From the human T2T-CHM13v2.0 reference genome, Homo sapiens, in the NCBI RefSeq assembly GCF_009914755.1, contig NC_060947.1: DNA of 64,000 nucleotides; one strand, given 5' to 3'. How positions within the stretch are numbered: position 1 is the stretch's first letter; every line of letters begins with the position of its first letter. This document shows, piece after piece, positions 52,538 to 64,000 of this stretch. Position numbers and translations under genes: made by a program. The notes beneath the pieces were generated by a model. It was not told the DNA's origin. It saw only the letters and a program-made list of their open reading frames with translations, and did not search any database.

Positions 52538-53178
52538 GCACTGAAGGATGAGTGGGATTTTATTAGGCAGATGTGTTGGTAATAACTCTTTGATCTAGGT
52601 GGTACAGATTCTTTTATCTTCATGTTTTTTGATTAAGAATCTAGGTTTCCAGACACTTAGCTCACACAGTAGCAGAGCAGGCTTTCTAAAATCAGGTCCA
52701 ATGGTCTTTCCAGGACTCCAGGCTGTCAAAGCCAGGAAGGATTGAAGCAATTAATAAAAATTCATATAAATCTGCTCTGTCTTTTCAAAGTAGAAGTAGT
52801 CACAAAATGTTTTGTGTGAATTTTGAAATGAAATAAAACATCAACCTTTTTATGTAGATAAGATTTACATTCATATTTTCCTCCATAATGAGAAATGTTT
52901 TATGTTATCTGGATTGCAATTATAAGCTATATAAAAAGAGGGTTTTTTCTTTCAGTAAGTGTCTTATAGCATAAATATGATAAGAATTTGACAGATTTGC
53001 TGTTTTTTTCAAATTTATGCTAGCAATTCTCAGTAAAAACCATTTCTATCTTTCCACTGTTATTTTACCTAATGCATAAGGAATATAGTAAATAATATCA
53101 TATGTGAAATCCAGCTAGAGCAGTAGCATACAAATTGAATAACTTGATGGTCTACTGAAACAGCCTCTTGCCACCCCC

Positions 53179-53184
<6 letters not shown>

Positions 53185-53217
<33 letters not shown>

Positions 53218-53219
53218 AC
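53185..53219. repeat. (CA)n microsatellite
   Basis: Direct CA run with one TA interruption. Confidence 0.95.
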
Positions 53220-53764
53220 TATCTAAACATAAAAAACTCTAGCTAACTGAACTGGAGCAATAAAAATTAAGTAAAATAGAGATTACCTCAGAAGTGCATC
53301 CAAATCATACTGCAAGAATACTAAATGTGATTATTTTAGATGTTTTTTCTTCTTTAGATGTTTATAGACAGGAAATAGTGCATTTTTCTCCAACAACCCA
53401 CAATATCAAGGCTTACTTGAGTGCATTAAAATAAGTAATTTTTTGTGGCAATATAATAGTGGGAAATCCAGCTTTTTTTCTTGAATTTAAAAATAACGAT
53501 TTTTTTTTCTTTTTTCTTTTCTGCTCCTCTCAACCCAGCTTTTCCTGACTCCAAGAAGAACTGGGAAGAGAATGCTTATTGATACATTTGAAGACATTTC
53601 AGAAGTAGAATTACAACTTTAGAAAGGCTAAAAGTTCCCACTTGCTTAAAGGTGATAAGAGCTGGTTAGCTTTACAAGGGCTCTAAGAACACAGTGAATA
53701 TATAGACTTTAATGTGAAAAATGGCTACAAGTAATTGACTGGAGAATCCCAATTTCCAGTGGCA

Positions 53765-54452
53765 GCAGTCTGAAAATAAGCTGTCCACAGGGCCACACTC
53801 CCTTTAGGGCAGGGGTCCCTAACCCCTGGGCCACAGACCAGTGGTGAGCAGTGGGCCTGTGAGCATTACCACCTGAGCTCCACCTCCTGTCAGATTAGCA
53901 TCCACATGAGAGTCTCATAGGAGCACCAACCCTACTGTGAGCTGTACATGCAAGAGATGTAGGCTGCATGCTCCTTACGATAATCTACCTAAAGCCTGAT
54001 GATCTGATGTGGAACAGTTTAATCCCAAAACCGCCCCCCAACAACACCTCCCTGAGTACGTGGAAAAATTGTCTTGCATGAAACAGGTCCCTGGTGCCAA
54101 AAAGGTTGAGGATTGCTGCTTTAGAGGCTCTAGAAAAGAGTTTGTTCCCTGCCTCTCCCAGCTTTTGGTGGCTCCAAGAATTCCTTGATTTGTGGTAGCA
54201 TCAATCCAATCTTGCCTCCGTCTTCACATCACCTTCTCCTCTATGTGTTTGTCTCTTCTCTTCTGTTTCTTATAAGGACACGTGTTATCAGTTTTGGGGT
54301 CCACCTGGATAATCTAGGATAATCTCATTTTGAGATCCTTACCTTAATTACATCTACAAAACCCTTTCCTCAAATAAAGCAACATTCACATATTCCAGGT
54401 ATTTGGATGCGGACATATCTTTTGGGTTGGGGTCCCTATTCAACCCACCATG
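53765..54452 (-). mobile_element. MLT1C-like LTR interrupted by MER1B
   Basis: AGTCTGAAAATAAG..CAGGGCCACACTCCCT / AGGCTCTAG.., GATAATCTAGGATAATCTCATTTTGAGATCCTTA.., ATTCAACCCACCA. Confidence 0.8.
53810..54118. mobile_element. MER1B-like hAT-Charlie element
   Basis: TIRs CAGGGGTCCCTAACC and GGTTGAGGATTGCTG, 8-bp TSD CTTTAG(G/A)G. Confidence 0.9.
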
Positions 54453-55659
54453 GTTTCTTTCAGTGGAATTAGGGCTGTACCATCTGCTCGAAAACATTAA
54501 AACAATTAGGAGGAGCATGAGTGTACCTCAATATCTTATTTGCAAAATGAAGATAGGGACATAGTTTGGTTAGCTAAGGTACGGTGTTTGGCTAAAATGC
54601 CATGTTTAACCAGTCAGCATCCACATCTTTAAGGTTTGCTTGTACCCGGTATAATCTCGTTTCTTGAAAACCGAGTAAGTGAAAAATTGGAGGTGAGGGC
54701 ATAATAGAAACCATATAAAATAGAAAATATATACACGTTTCTTTCTTTATTTCACTTGTTAGTAGTTCAGAACTTCATAAACACAAATATTACCACTAGC
54801 AAGCAGACATCCCCCAAACTCAAAAGTAAAGCATCGACAGATGTGTCTGGCTAGTTGGGTGAGACCATTTCCAAATACTACTTGTAAGTTACTGAGTTGG
54901 TTAAGGATCAAATGAGGTTCTGCATTTGAGGTTCTTTTTAAATTGTGTGGTATCATACAAGTGTAAAATATTGCAGTTGCTCTTTTGAAGGGGATAAGAA
55001 TAAGTGTGATATCATAGATGAACACTATCAAAAAAATTTTTCAGTAAGTAGAAGTTAAAGACATTTTTGTTCGACACACCAAGCATGCTTGCACCTAGTT
55101 GGGGTGGTCATTGGGGTTTAGTGTCTGATTATAAATCAATCTAGCAGGTTATTTCCCTCTTCAAGAATGAATTGGGTTTGCATTAGAGATAATCTCCTTG
55201 TGCAGAAGTAGGTGAGTCAAGAGGAATTCCTTTCTTGCTTTATTAATTTATTTAGTTATTTATTTAGCTGATACTGATTCATTTGGGATGTAAAGATAGA
55301 TGAAAATCTTAGAGAAAATGATTACACAATGAGGGAATTTGAGATCCTAGGGAAATAATAATCTGTCAGCAAGATTAAAAATCACTTTTAAGAAAGTGCA
55401 TCTCATATTTGAGACATATAGTTGCAAAGATTCAGTAGAAAAAAAAATTCATCGCCAATATAATAACAGAGTTAAATGCCATAGAATAGTGGCTTTCCAA
55501 CTTTTAAAAATCAAACCCCAATTTTTCCCTCAATTAATCTTACCTGGAAGCCCAATACATAAAAGAGACTAAAATGCAGCTGCTCTGGTTGTACTCTATG
55601 AAGCTGAGGGCGCGGATGAGGGCCACAATGGACTTGTCGGGGAACTTGCCACAGTTACA

Positions 55660-56080
55660 ATTGTTTATTTCTTGTGTGATTCTTTGATCAATAGCTGTAT
55701 TCTCCACCAGAGAAGACACCACTCCAGGCTGGGACTTTGATTTTGCTCTCGATTACATCTTTAGTGGCTAACACAGTGCCTGGCACTCAGTATATACTTG
55801 TGTTAATGAATGAATGAATGATGGAGAAGACAAAAAAAAAAGTGAATTGAAACAAGCTGGTCAGGCTGATGTCTGACACATCTCAGATGGCAGTGTTAAT
55901 CTTTTTTCATCATCCTAGCATTTGTCACCAGTACTGGCAGCCAGAGAGAACATTGCATTTTGGTGCCTGGTGTAGTTCCTAGCACACAGTAGATTTTGGT
56001 AAATTAAATAAGTGATACTCAGTACATATTAGTTGACCAAATGAATAAGGTGCTAAATGATTGAATAAATGAATGACTGT
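55660..56080 (+). mobile_element. Two L2 3'-end fragments
   Basis: CTAACACAGTGCCTGGCAC..AATGAATGAATGA and CCTAGCACACAGTAG..GAATAAATGAATGA. Confidence 0.65.
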
Positions 56081-56999
56081 GTTGTGATAGAATGAGGACA
56101 AGTGATTCAATTTTCTGTCTTAAAATAATTTTAAAAATAAACCCCAAACTCCGTGAAGGATCCTAATGAAAGCCTCCTAGGTGTCTTTTTAAAAAGCCAA
56201 GACTACATTTAATGTAAGTTTCACTTTGCTTATACCGATTCCCCAGAACTGCATTGTCTGAAAGTGTGACACATCACAAAACAACTGCAGCCAATGGTAA
56301 TGTTAAAGCCATCTTCACTCAGTACAAACTGCTGACTTACAATTATCGCCAGGAGATACTGAGTGCCCCAAATATGGACAGCTCCAAAAGAAGTATGCCT
56401 GGTTTGAAAGAATTGTGTGCCTGTAGGAAACACACAGTCTCTTTATTTGAGAAGAAGAGGTATAAATTACAGTTGCTTGAAGGAAACCCTACTTTGTGCC
56501 TTAGCTATCTGTGTAAGCAATGTGCCATTTGATCTACAGTGTGTATTGTAGCAAGACATTGCCTACGGATGTACTTAAATGAGGGCAAACTGATTTGCAG
56601 TTTATCTAGTCATCCATAGCATTAGCAGAGTAAGATACCAAAGCCTTATGCCATAGTGATTTTGTACAAAAATATCCAAAGCTCTAAGAAAACCACGGCA
56701 GTATGTGTGTGGAGGGGAGGAGGTGGGGAGATCTGGGCAGCAACTATCATTGGAGCCTGCTGAATCTGCCCTCTGAGTCTCCATATGTGAGAGTATCAGA
56801 AGGCCTTGATTAACCGTCTCAGTGGGTGGGCTTGGCCCTGGGGAGGATGAGCCAACCCATCCTTAAAGTGGTGATCTTAGCTGACTGGCTCTGAGGTGAC
56901 TTCCAGGTGGCACATAGATTGGATCCAGAATGAAAACTCAACAAATCTGGGATTTTTCTTTTATATATATATATATATTTTAAAACCAGCCAAATTTAC

Positions 57000-57416
57000 A
57001 AATTTATAAGTGTTCATTATAAAAAATATAACACAAAAGCATATGTAGTAAACACTGAAAATACCTTTTCATCAACCACTCTCATCAACCCTACCCATGC
57101 TGCACCCCTCGCCCCTACCACATCCTACTTTCTTGCCCAGAGATAATCACTAATACCTGTCTGATGTCATTGAATGTGTCCTCGCAGACCATTTTCTATT
57201 GAGATACAAATATAGCAATGTGCATATACAAATTTTCAAACACATATATCACATTATACTACACACATTTCACTATGACATGCTTTTGCCACATAACAAT
57301 ACACCTTTGAGAGGGATATTTACAGCTCAAAACAAAAATAAACCACAACAAAGGTAACTTCAGTTAATAAGATTTTGGTTTGTATTCTTTCAGGCCTTTT
57401 TCTATACATACATATG

Positions 57417-57461
<45 letters not shown>

Positions 57462-58050
57462 CCATGCACACACACACACTTTATTGAATTTTTAAATAAA
57501 GGGTATCATGTTATATACACTATTATATTTTTCCCTTACTAGCATATTATGAAGATCATTTCATGTCAATACACATAGGTCTTCCTCTTTCTTTTAAATT
57601 GCTATTTGATTTTAATAAAATAAGACCGTGTCATGTAATTTTGCCTGTTCTTTATTGATGGGCAATTAGGTTGTCTTCCCAGGGTGTTGTTGGTTGTTAC
57701 TGTTGTTGCATTTCTTATAAACCACACTGCTGTGAATAGCCTACATATTCATTTCTATGTGCACAAGTGATATTGTTTCTATAGACAAAAGTCCTAAAGC
57801 AACGGATGCACTCATTTGAAATCAAAAGACAAGGTCAAATTGCTCAAAAAGATCTCTTTCCTCAAGTCCTTGCTAACACTAGATATTGCTAAACTTCTCA
57901 ATTATTGCAAATTGAACAAGGAACAATGATTTCATTGTTTTTTAATTTGTATTTTCCAGATTAAATACAAGGTAGACCTGCTGTTTCATTTTTAATTTGT
58001 ATTTTCCACTCTAGATAGTCTACCTCCTGACTTTTGTTTCCTTCTCTAGT
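57000..58050 (-). mobile_element. Decayed L1ME-type fragments with an embedded (TA)n/(CA)n microsatellite (about 57403-57479)
   Basis: TTTCATGTCAATACACATAG, ATTGATGGGCAATTAGGTTGT and CTGCTGTGAATAGCCT are antisense L1ME motifs. Confidence 0.65.
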
Positions 58051-58112
58051 TTCTTGCAAATCCAGGTTATCCTATGCAATGCTCCCAGGAGAATTTTCCC
58101 AAAGCTACTTTT

Positions 58113-58909
58113 TATTTCTTTTTTCTTTCAAAGACAGGATCTCAGTCTGTTACACAGGCCGGAATGCAGTGGCATGATCACAGATCACTGCAACTGTGGC
58201 AGGAGTTATTAAGAAATTATTTTAGGCAGATAGAGAGGAAAAGAGGTCCCTGGAAGGTTTTTCGCAGCTCCAAAAAAAAAAAAGGTTCTTGTCTAGCATG
58301 AGAACCCCGGCTCTTAGACCAGGGCTGGCAGCCTTTAATATGCAAATACAAGCCATTAGAAACTGGGTCCACCCAACATGGCGATTCCCACTGTTGTCCT
58401 CTTGCCCTTGCCCCCACGTGTGCCTGACAGCATGGCCGCCCCCGCATATCCCCGCGTGTGTAGAACATCAGGGGCCCTGCATTTGCATATTAAAGGGTTG
58501 GGGTGGGAGGGCCAGGTTTTTCATGGGCCACGCGAATGACATACCTGCTCAAACCAATCCCCTGAGCCCTATGCAAATCAGACACCACCTCCAGCCATCG
58601 CATAAAACTGGCGGGTGTCCTTCGAATGTGGGGTCTCCTCTTTCGGCTTTGGAGCCTCCTTCCCTCTGTCTCTGTACCAGGGAGCATCTTCCTTCTGCCT
58701 TCTCCCTTCTTGCCTATTAAACTCTCTGCTCCTTAAAACCACTCCACGTGTGTCCATGTCATCTTACCTAATTCGACTTGAGATGAAGAATCTGGTGTTC
58801 CTCCACTCACGGGTAGCAATATCACAACCTCCAGCTCCTGGGCTCAAGCTATCCTCCTGCCTCAGCCTCCCAAGTGGCTGAAGCTACAGGAATGCACCAC
58901 TCTGCCTGG

Positions 58910-58941
<32 letters not shown>

Positions 58942-59022
58942 GTAGAGATGGGGTCTTGCCTTGTTGCCTAGGCTGGTGTTGAACTCCTGGCCTCAAGCAA
59001 TCCTCCTGCCTTGGCCTCCCAA
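58113..59022 (-). mobile_element. 5'-truncated AluJ split by an ERV1 LTR
   Basis: AluJ diagnostics (GACAGGATCTC, CCTGGGCTCAAGC, CCTGGCCTCAAGCAATCCTCC) and a perfect 15-bp TSD CCCAAAGCTACTTTT at 58098-58112 and 59023-59037. Confidence 0.92.
58195..58824 (+). mobile_element. ERV1 solo LTR (LTR27/MER61-like; subfamily uncertain)
   Basis: TG...CA termini, 4-bp TSD CAAC at 58191-58194 and 58825-58828, CATAAAA box and ATTAAA signal. Confidence 0.85.
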
Positions 59023-61059
59023 CCCAAAGCTACTTTTCAACACTTCACTTTCCTGATCAAAAACGTCTACTTAAATTTTCCAGATATTTAGTGAATTTCT
59101 GCTGTGAGCCATGATCTCTGCTAGCCCACTGGGAAGAGGAGTGCTGGTTCATGACCCGTCATCTGCATGGTGGTGCAGGAAGCTCTTCTTTCTCTTCGTA
59201 CATGAGGTATTCAACTAGCTCCTAGTTAATAAACCTCAAAACCCCCTTTTAAATAACTTTGGAATAATCCGCTCCATACTTTAGTTCTGTAAAAGCCAAG
59301 CTCATTTTCGCTTAGGTATGGACTGTGTGGCAGCATCCAACCTAACAAGAATGATTCTGAAATTTTTTCTTAATATTTGCGGAAATGAAATTAAGCCTCT
59401 CTGTCTGACTCTCAGCAAAACACTCTTTCCCTCCTACTCCTGTTTGCGGATTGCTGCTGTCTCTTGTCCACACCAGCCTCTCTGTCTCCATTCAGTGGAA
59501 CTTCTACCAGACACTAATGTCATTCAATGGAAATTCAAATAGTAGAATCTCCCCTGATCCTGTAGAACTTCCTAGGTGGGGTGTCTCTGGCAACACCAGG
59601 ATCCAAGTCCTGTGGATGGGCTGAATCTTTGAAACCCTTCATTTTGGTCTCAAAGAGAATCATAAACCTTTTGTTAACTGCATAATCACCCCGCCTTCCC
59701 TCCTAATGCCTTTTGAGCTGTCATCGGTGTACATTGTTCGGCAACAGTGATGGGAATAAAATTGCTTTTAAAGAGTGAAATTCTAAAATGTGTTATTTTT
59801 CTGCCATTTCTAATTCTAGAAAAATAATAGTACTTCTTTTTAATTTTTAATAAAACATCTTAGGTGATAAAGTTAATGATATATAGTCTGAACTAAGGGA
59901 GGGGAAAACATTGACTTCAATGGAGCTGCTTCACAGTAATTGGTACTTCATAAGTGCCATTTGTGCCTTTGTGACAGAGATGGTGAAATTTATCAAAAAG
60001 GTAAATGCTCAAAGAAATGGAATTGGCACTTGGCTTTCTAGATGTCTCTTTTGAAGTATACTTCAAAAGTTTTAATAGGTAGAAACTGTTTGAATTTGGC
60101 TCCTATTTGCTCTAAATTTACTGATACAGTCATTTTTTTAATGCAGTATAGGGATGCTTGTCACTTGAGCTCAATAGTCATTACCACCAACAACCAAAGT
60201 TTGTTTCACAAACCTATTATGTGTCAGTTGGAGGACAGGCAACTCCCGAACTGTAATTCTCTGATCCTCAGCAACTACTAAAGCTAGTAAATACTGATAA
60301 AAAACCAGATGTATCAAAAAGAATCACACATTCATTCCACAAATAGTACACTAAGATGTTTATAAACACCCACCCAGACCAAGCCAGTAATACATTATAT
60401 TTCTGTTTTCTTTGCAAAGCCTCACATTTCTACAACAAAAAGCTAAAACCTCAGTGATAAAAATTAATATGAAGTCAGAAGATTTAAGGCTTAATTAGAA
60501 TTCTGATCCAAGACGGCAGACTGTGTGAACTGCTGTTGCTAAACTGTACTGTGTAAACATTGCATACTGATGGAATTTGCTTGTCAACTCAACTGGCATT
60601 TCTGTGCAGTAAGCTTGTCTTTCTGTCAGCGGAGTGCATCATGGGAAAAGATCAGCATCTCGAAGGAATATGATCTGCATGTATAAAGAGGAGAGAAAAA
60701 ATCCCTCAAAGAAAAAGAGGTTCTGCTTGTTTTTCTGTTGTGCTCAAAGGTTAAAAAGGTCACAATGTGCATTTTGGTTTAAGGATACTGAGGGTTTTCT
60801 TTCCAAGAATTAAAAGATGAACTTTTTTTAATTTGAGGGAAAGTATCATTTGTAACTTTGGCTAAGTAGAGCAAGCCATGGAAAGAAGACTGCAGAGAAG
60901 GAAAAGATTTTTAAAATATGTTGAGCTTTTTCCTAATCCTTCCTGTGGAACTTTGTTTGCTTATATCTACTACCTCAGCCAATTTATCTAAATCAAGAAG
61001 CACAAACACACACACAAAAACCCTAAGCAACAACATAGTGCAATGTAAGAAACATAGGA

Positions 61060-61240
61060 GCTGGATCAGATAGACAGCTGTTCAAATCTTGACTCTGCCA
61101 CTAGATCACCTCTCGCACCTTAGTTTCTCGTCAATTAAATATTGGCATAATCAAAGCCACGTCACATCCATATGAGGGTCAAATGATACAATGTATGTGA
61201 AAGCCCTGGTACTCAATGATTAAGAAATGTTTATTAAATG
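61060..61240 (+). mobile_element. MIR
   Basis: TTCAAATCTTGACTCTGCCACT..CCTTAGTTTCTC..ATGTATGTGAAAGCCCTGG. Confidence 0.7.
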
Positions 61241-61494
61241 ATTTGAGACAGTTTATAATTTAATACGTTTTTCTTTCCAATGATATTCTAAAGTCATTGT
61301 GATTCTCTGCTATATTGTCGGTTGAGTTGTTTCATAAGCTTCTATGACCAGGGATCATGTCTGTGTAATTCTTCGTTCTCAGCTCTACAGTATGCATAGG
61401 GACTTTCATAAATGCTTTTTGCTTGCCACTGCTCAATAAACAAATTTCTGCTTCCTGCTGGTCCTCTGGTCCTTGTTTCCCCTTTCACTTTCAG

Positions 61495-61757
61495 TTGGCA
61501 CGTAATAATTATACATATTTATGGGACACAGGGTAACATTTGGTACATGTGTACAATATGTATTGATCAAATCAGGGTAATTAACATATCCATCACTGCA
61601 AACATTAATAACTTTTTGTGTTGGGAACATTCCAAATCCTTTCTTCTAGCTTTTTGAAAATATATAATAAATTATTGCTAACTATATTTACTCTACAGTG
61701 CTATGAACTAGAGTAAACACTAGAACTCATTCCTCTTACTTCTGATCCTTTGACCAG
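61495..61757 (-). mobile_element. L1MA 3' UTR fragment
   Basis: TAATAATTATACATATTTATGGG..GATCAAATCAGGGTAATTAACATATCCATCAC..GGGAACATTCCAAATCCT. Confidence 0.8.
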
Positions 61758-62136
61758 TATACTCCTCAATGTTGTTTGTCTGTTGGGTTCAGAGAGCGTC
61801 TGTGGCATTCAGAGAGTGTCTGTTGCAGACAGTTTTGGACAGGCTTATTTATGGTTAATCGTGGGGGATTTATTTCAACACAAACACTGGAGAAGAGGAG
61901 AAAGGGAGCAAGGTGCTTGGTACATATTGGGCATTCAAATATTTGTAGAATGTACTAGGTGCATGTGGCATGCAAATATAGGCAAAAACAATGAGGCAAA
62001 GAGAAAAGGGGGTAAAGATAGACAAAGAGAAAAGGGGGTAACAATAGCTAACATTTGTTATAATTATTGAATGTTTGGTACTTTCAGATGAGAAAACTGA
62101 GGCTTAAAGAAGTCAATTAAATTACCCAGGTAACTG

Positions 62137-62467
62137 ATAGATCCGTAATATTTTATCTGAAGCCCTTGAGAACAGGTATGTTTCAGGATTCAAAAATTGT
62201 TGGATTTTAGAAAGATATATGGTACATGTATCACATATTATACAAAATCATTAGCAGGATTGGTGGCAATAGCACATCATCAAATACATTAATATTAATG
62301 CATTGAAATATATGAATATTTACACCTAGTGAAATAAATAAAGATTATAAATAGTTCCATACTATTTCACGTCAATTCAGGTTTTGCTGTCAAATAAGTT
62401 ACAAAATACCCTTATTTTTCAAAACCTTTTTTAACCTTTGGAATTGCAAACAAGGATTGCAGGTTTG
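62137..62467. mobile_element. MER46C-like Tigger element within a MIR remnant
   Basis: CCCTTGAGAACAGGTATGTTTCAGGATTCA..TTGGATTTTAGAAAG and terminal GGAATTGCAAACAAGGATTGCAGGTTTG. Confidence 0.6.
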
Positions 62468-62544
62468 TGGTAAATGGTAGAGAATAATGAATAATGAGTG
62501 ACAGCCCAGGTGTGTCAGACTCCAGAGAAGGGCTATTGCCGTGC

Positions 62545-62991
62545 TGCCTTAGTTTTCCACTGCTGCTAGACAAATTACCACAAATTTAGCAGCTTAAGGA
62601 ATGCAATGTCTTATCTTACAGTTCTAGAGGACAGAAATCTAAAAATGGGTCTCACTGGGCTAAAGTCAAGATGTCAGCACTGCTGCATTTCTTCTAGAGA
62701 CTCTAAAGGAGAATCTATTTTCTTGCCTTTTCCAGCTTTTAGAGGCTGCCCACATTCCTTGCCTTATGGCCCCTTTCTTCCATCTTTAAAGCCAATGATG
62801 GTAGGCTAAGTCCTTACCTCTTATCACTCTGACCTTCTCTTCTGACATCCTCTTTCATATTTAAAGAGCCCTTGTAACTACGCTGTACTTGCTCAGATCA
62901 TCCGGGATGTAGTAGAGCACTACCGTGGGATGTGTGTGTGTGTGTATATATATATGTAAATATATATATAAAAAAATAAAAAAATATAGAA

Positions 62992-63023
<32 letters not shown>

Positions 63024-63711
63024 CCTACTGGGTCTGTCTCTCTCTCTCTCTAGTACATATATATGTAATATATATGTAATAATATATGTAATATATGTAA
63101 TAATATATCATATATACATATATACATATATACACATATATACATATATATACATATATATATATATATGTAGTAGAGAGAGAGAGAGAAAGAGACAGAA
63201 ACAGAGATTTATTTAAGGAACTATCTCACATGATTGTGGAGACTAGCAAGTCCAAAATCTGAAGTCACCAGTAGGCTGGAGACCCAGGGAAGAACTGGTG
63301 TTGCAGTTCAAGTCTGAAGGCCCTCTGCTGGAGATTTCCTTTTTGCTTGGTGCTTGGGAGAAATTAGTCTTTTGTCCTATTCAGGTTTTCGAATGGTAGA
63401 TGAGGCCCAATCAGATTATGCAGGGAAATCCACTCTACTCAAAGTCCATCAATTTAAATATTAATCTTATCTAAAAAGCCCTTACAGAAACATCTAGAAT
63501 AATGTTTGACCAAATAACGTTTGGTAAATAAGCAACGTTGACACCTAAAATCAATCATCGCACAGGTAATCTCCTCATCTCAAAGTCAGTGGATTAGCAG
63601 CCTTATTTTCATGTGCAGCATTAATTTTCCATAGCCATGTAATCTGTCATATTCGCATTTCCAGGGATTAGGACGTGAACATCTTTGGGGGCCATTATTC
63701 TGCCTACCACA
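62545..63711 (-). mobile_element. MLT1D-like LTR split by an MLT2B-like LTR (about 62908-63562) that carries an expanded TA/TG/GA microsatellite (about 62930-63200)
   Basis: MLT1 motifs AAAATGGGTCTCACTGGGCTAAA and GGGGGCCATTATTCTGCCTACCACA. MLT2 motifs GAGATTTATTTAAGGAACT..CACATGATTGTGGAGACT and GTTGACACCTAAAATCAATCATC. Confidence 0.8.
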
Positions 63712-63830
63712 GTGTGGTTGCACAAGTTGCACACAGCACAATTCCAAGGGGGCACCATTCACCTAGACCGCAATTTGAACAGTAACCCCAAAGCCATGCA
63801 ATCTGGAGGTCCTGTTGCAGAACCTATTTG
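63712..63830. mobile_element. MER53-like hAT MITE remnant
   Basis: GGTTGCACAAGTTGCACACAGCACAATTCCAAGGGGGCACCATTCAC resembles MER53. Confidence 0.5.
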
Positions 63831-64000
63831 CCTAAACACAGCCATTGCACTTAAACTGTCTACCAGGGAAGGAGTGTACTGAAACGTTTTCCAGCTTCTG
63901 GCAAACAGGGTGATGATGGCTTCTGTATCAATGTATCAGTAATTATGCTCCACAGGAGATGAGAGGGAGCCAATGTGGGAATGTAGGGAATGTAGGGAAT

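Noticed and set aside
55540-55722. 60-aa minus-strand ORF ending at a splice donor as a coding exon
   Set aside because: It partly overlaps an L2 remnant, has no clear acceptor and no recognisable homology.
58289-58720. 143-aa ORF
   Set aside because: It lies entirely within a solo LTR and resembles no protein family I recognise.
62930-63200. CRISPR-like or structured repeat array
   Set aside because: It is simple TA/TG/GA microsatellite expansion inside an MLT2 LTR, with no repeat-spacer architecture, in eukaryotic DNA.
63972-64000. 9-bp tandem repeat AATGT(G/A)GGG x3
   Set aside because: It is a short slippage repeat cut by the window end, with no evidence of function.

Overview
This window is primate genomic DNA. 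AluY and an L1PA4-type fragment point to a catarrhine or ape, most likely human. It is AT-rich, intronic or intergenic, and made mostly of nested transposable-element fossils: L1, L2, MIR, Alu, MaLR/ERVL/ERV1 LTRs, and hAT, Tigger and mariner DNA transposons. I find no supportable host protein-coding gene, RNA gene or CRISPR array, and no evidence for a new multi-gene system. The ORFs I could assign lie in repeats; the rest are short and resemble no family I recognise. The most notable items are: (1) a full-length but inactivated Hsmar1 mariner that keeps its DD34D residues; (2) a two-LTR MER41A provirus whose LTRs look homogenised; (3) a MER41B copy that looks like an L1-retroposed, polyadenylated ERV transcript and still carries a canonical STAT1 GAS site; (4) two tandem near-consensus CTCF motifs in a CpG-retaining MER41-related LTR; (5) three L1s with twin-priming-type inversions; (6) a few possible minus-strand splice sites. 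Repeat subfamily names come from recalled consensus sequences and need RepeatMasker/Dfam confirmation.
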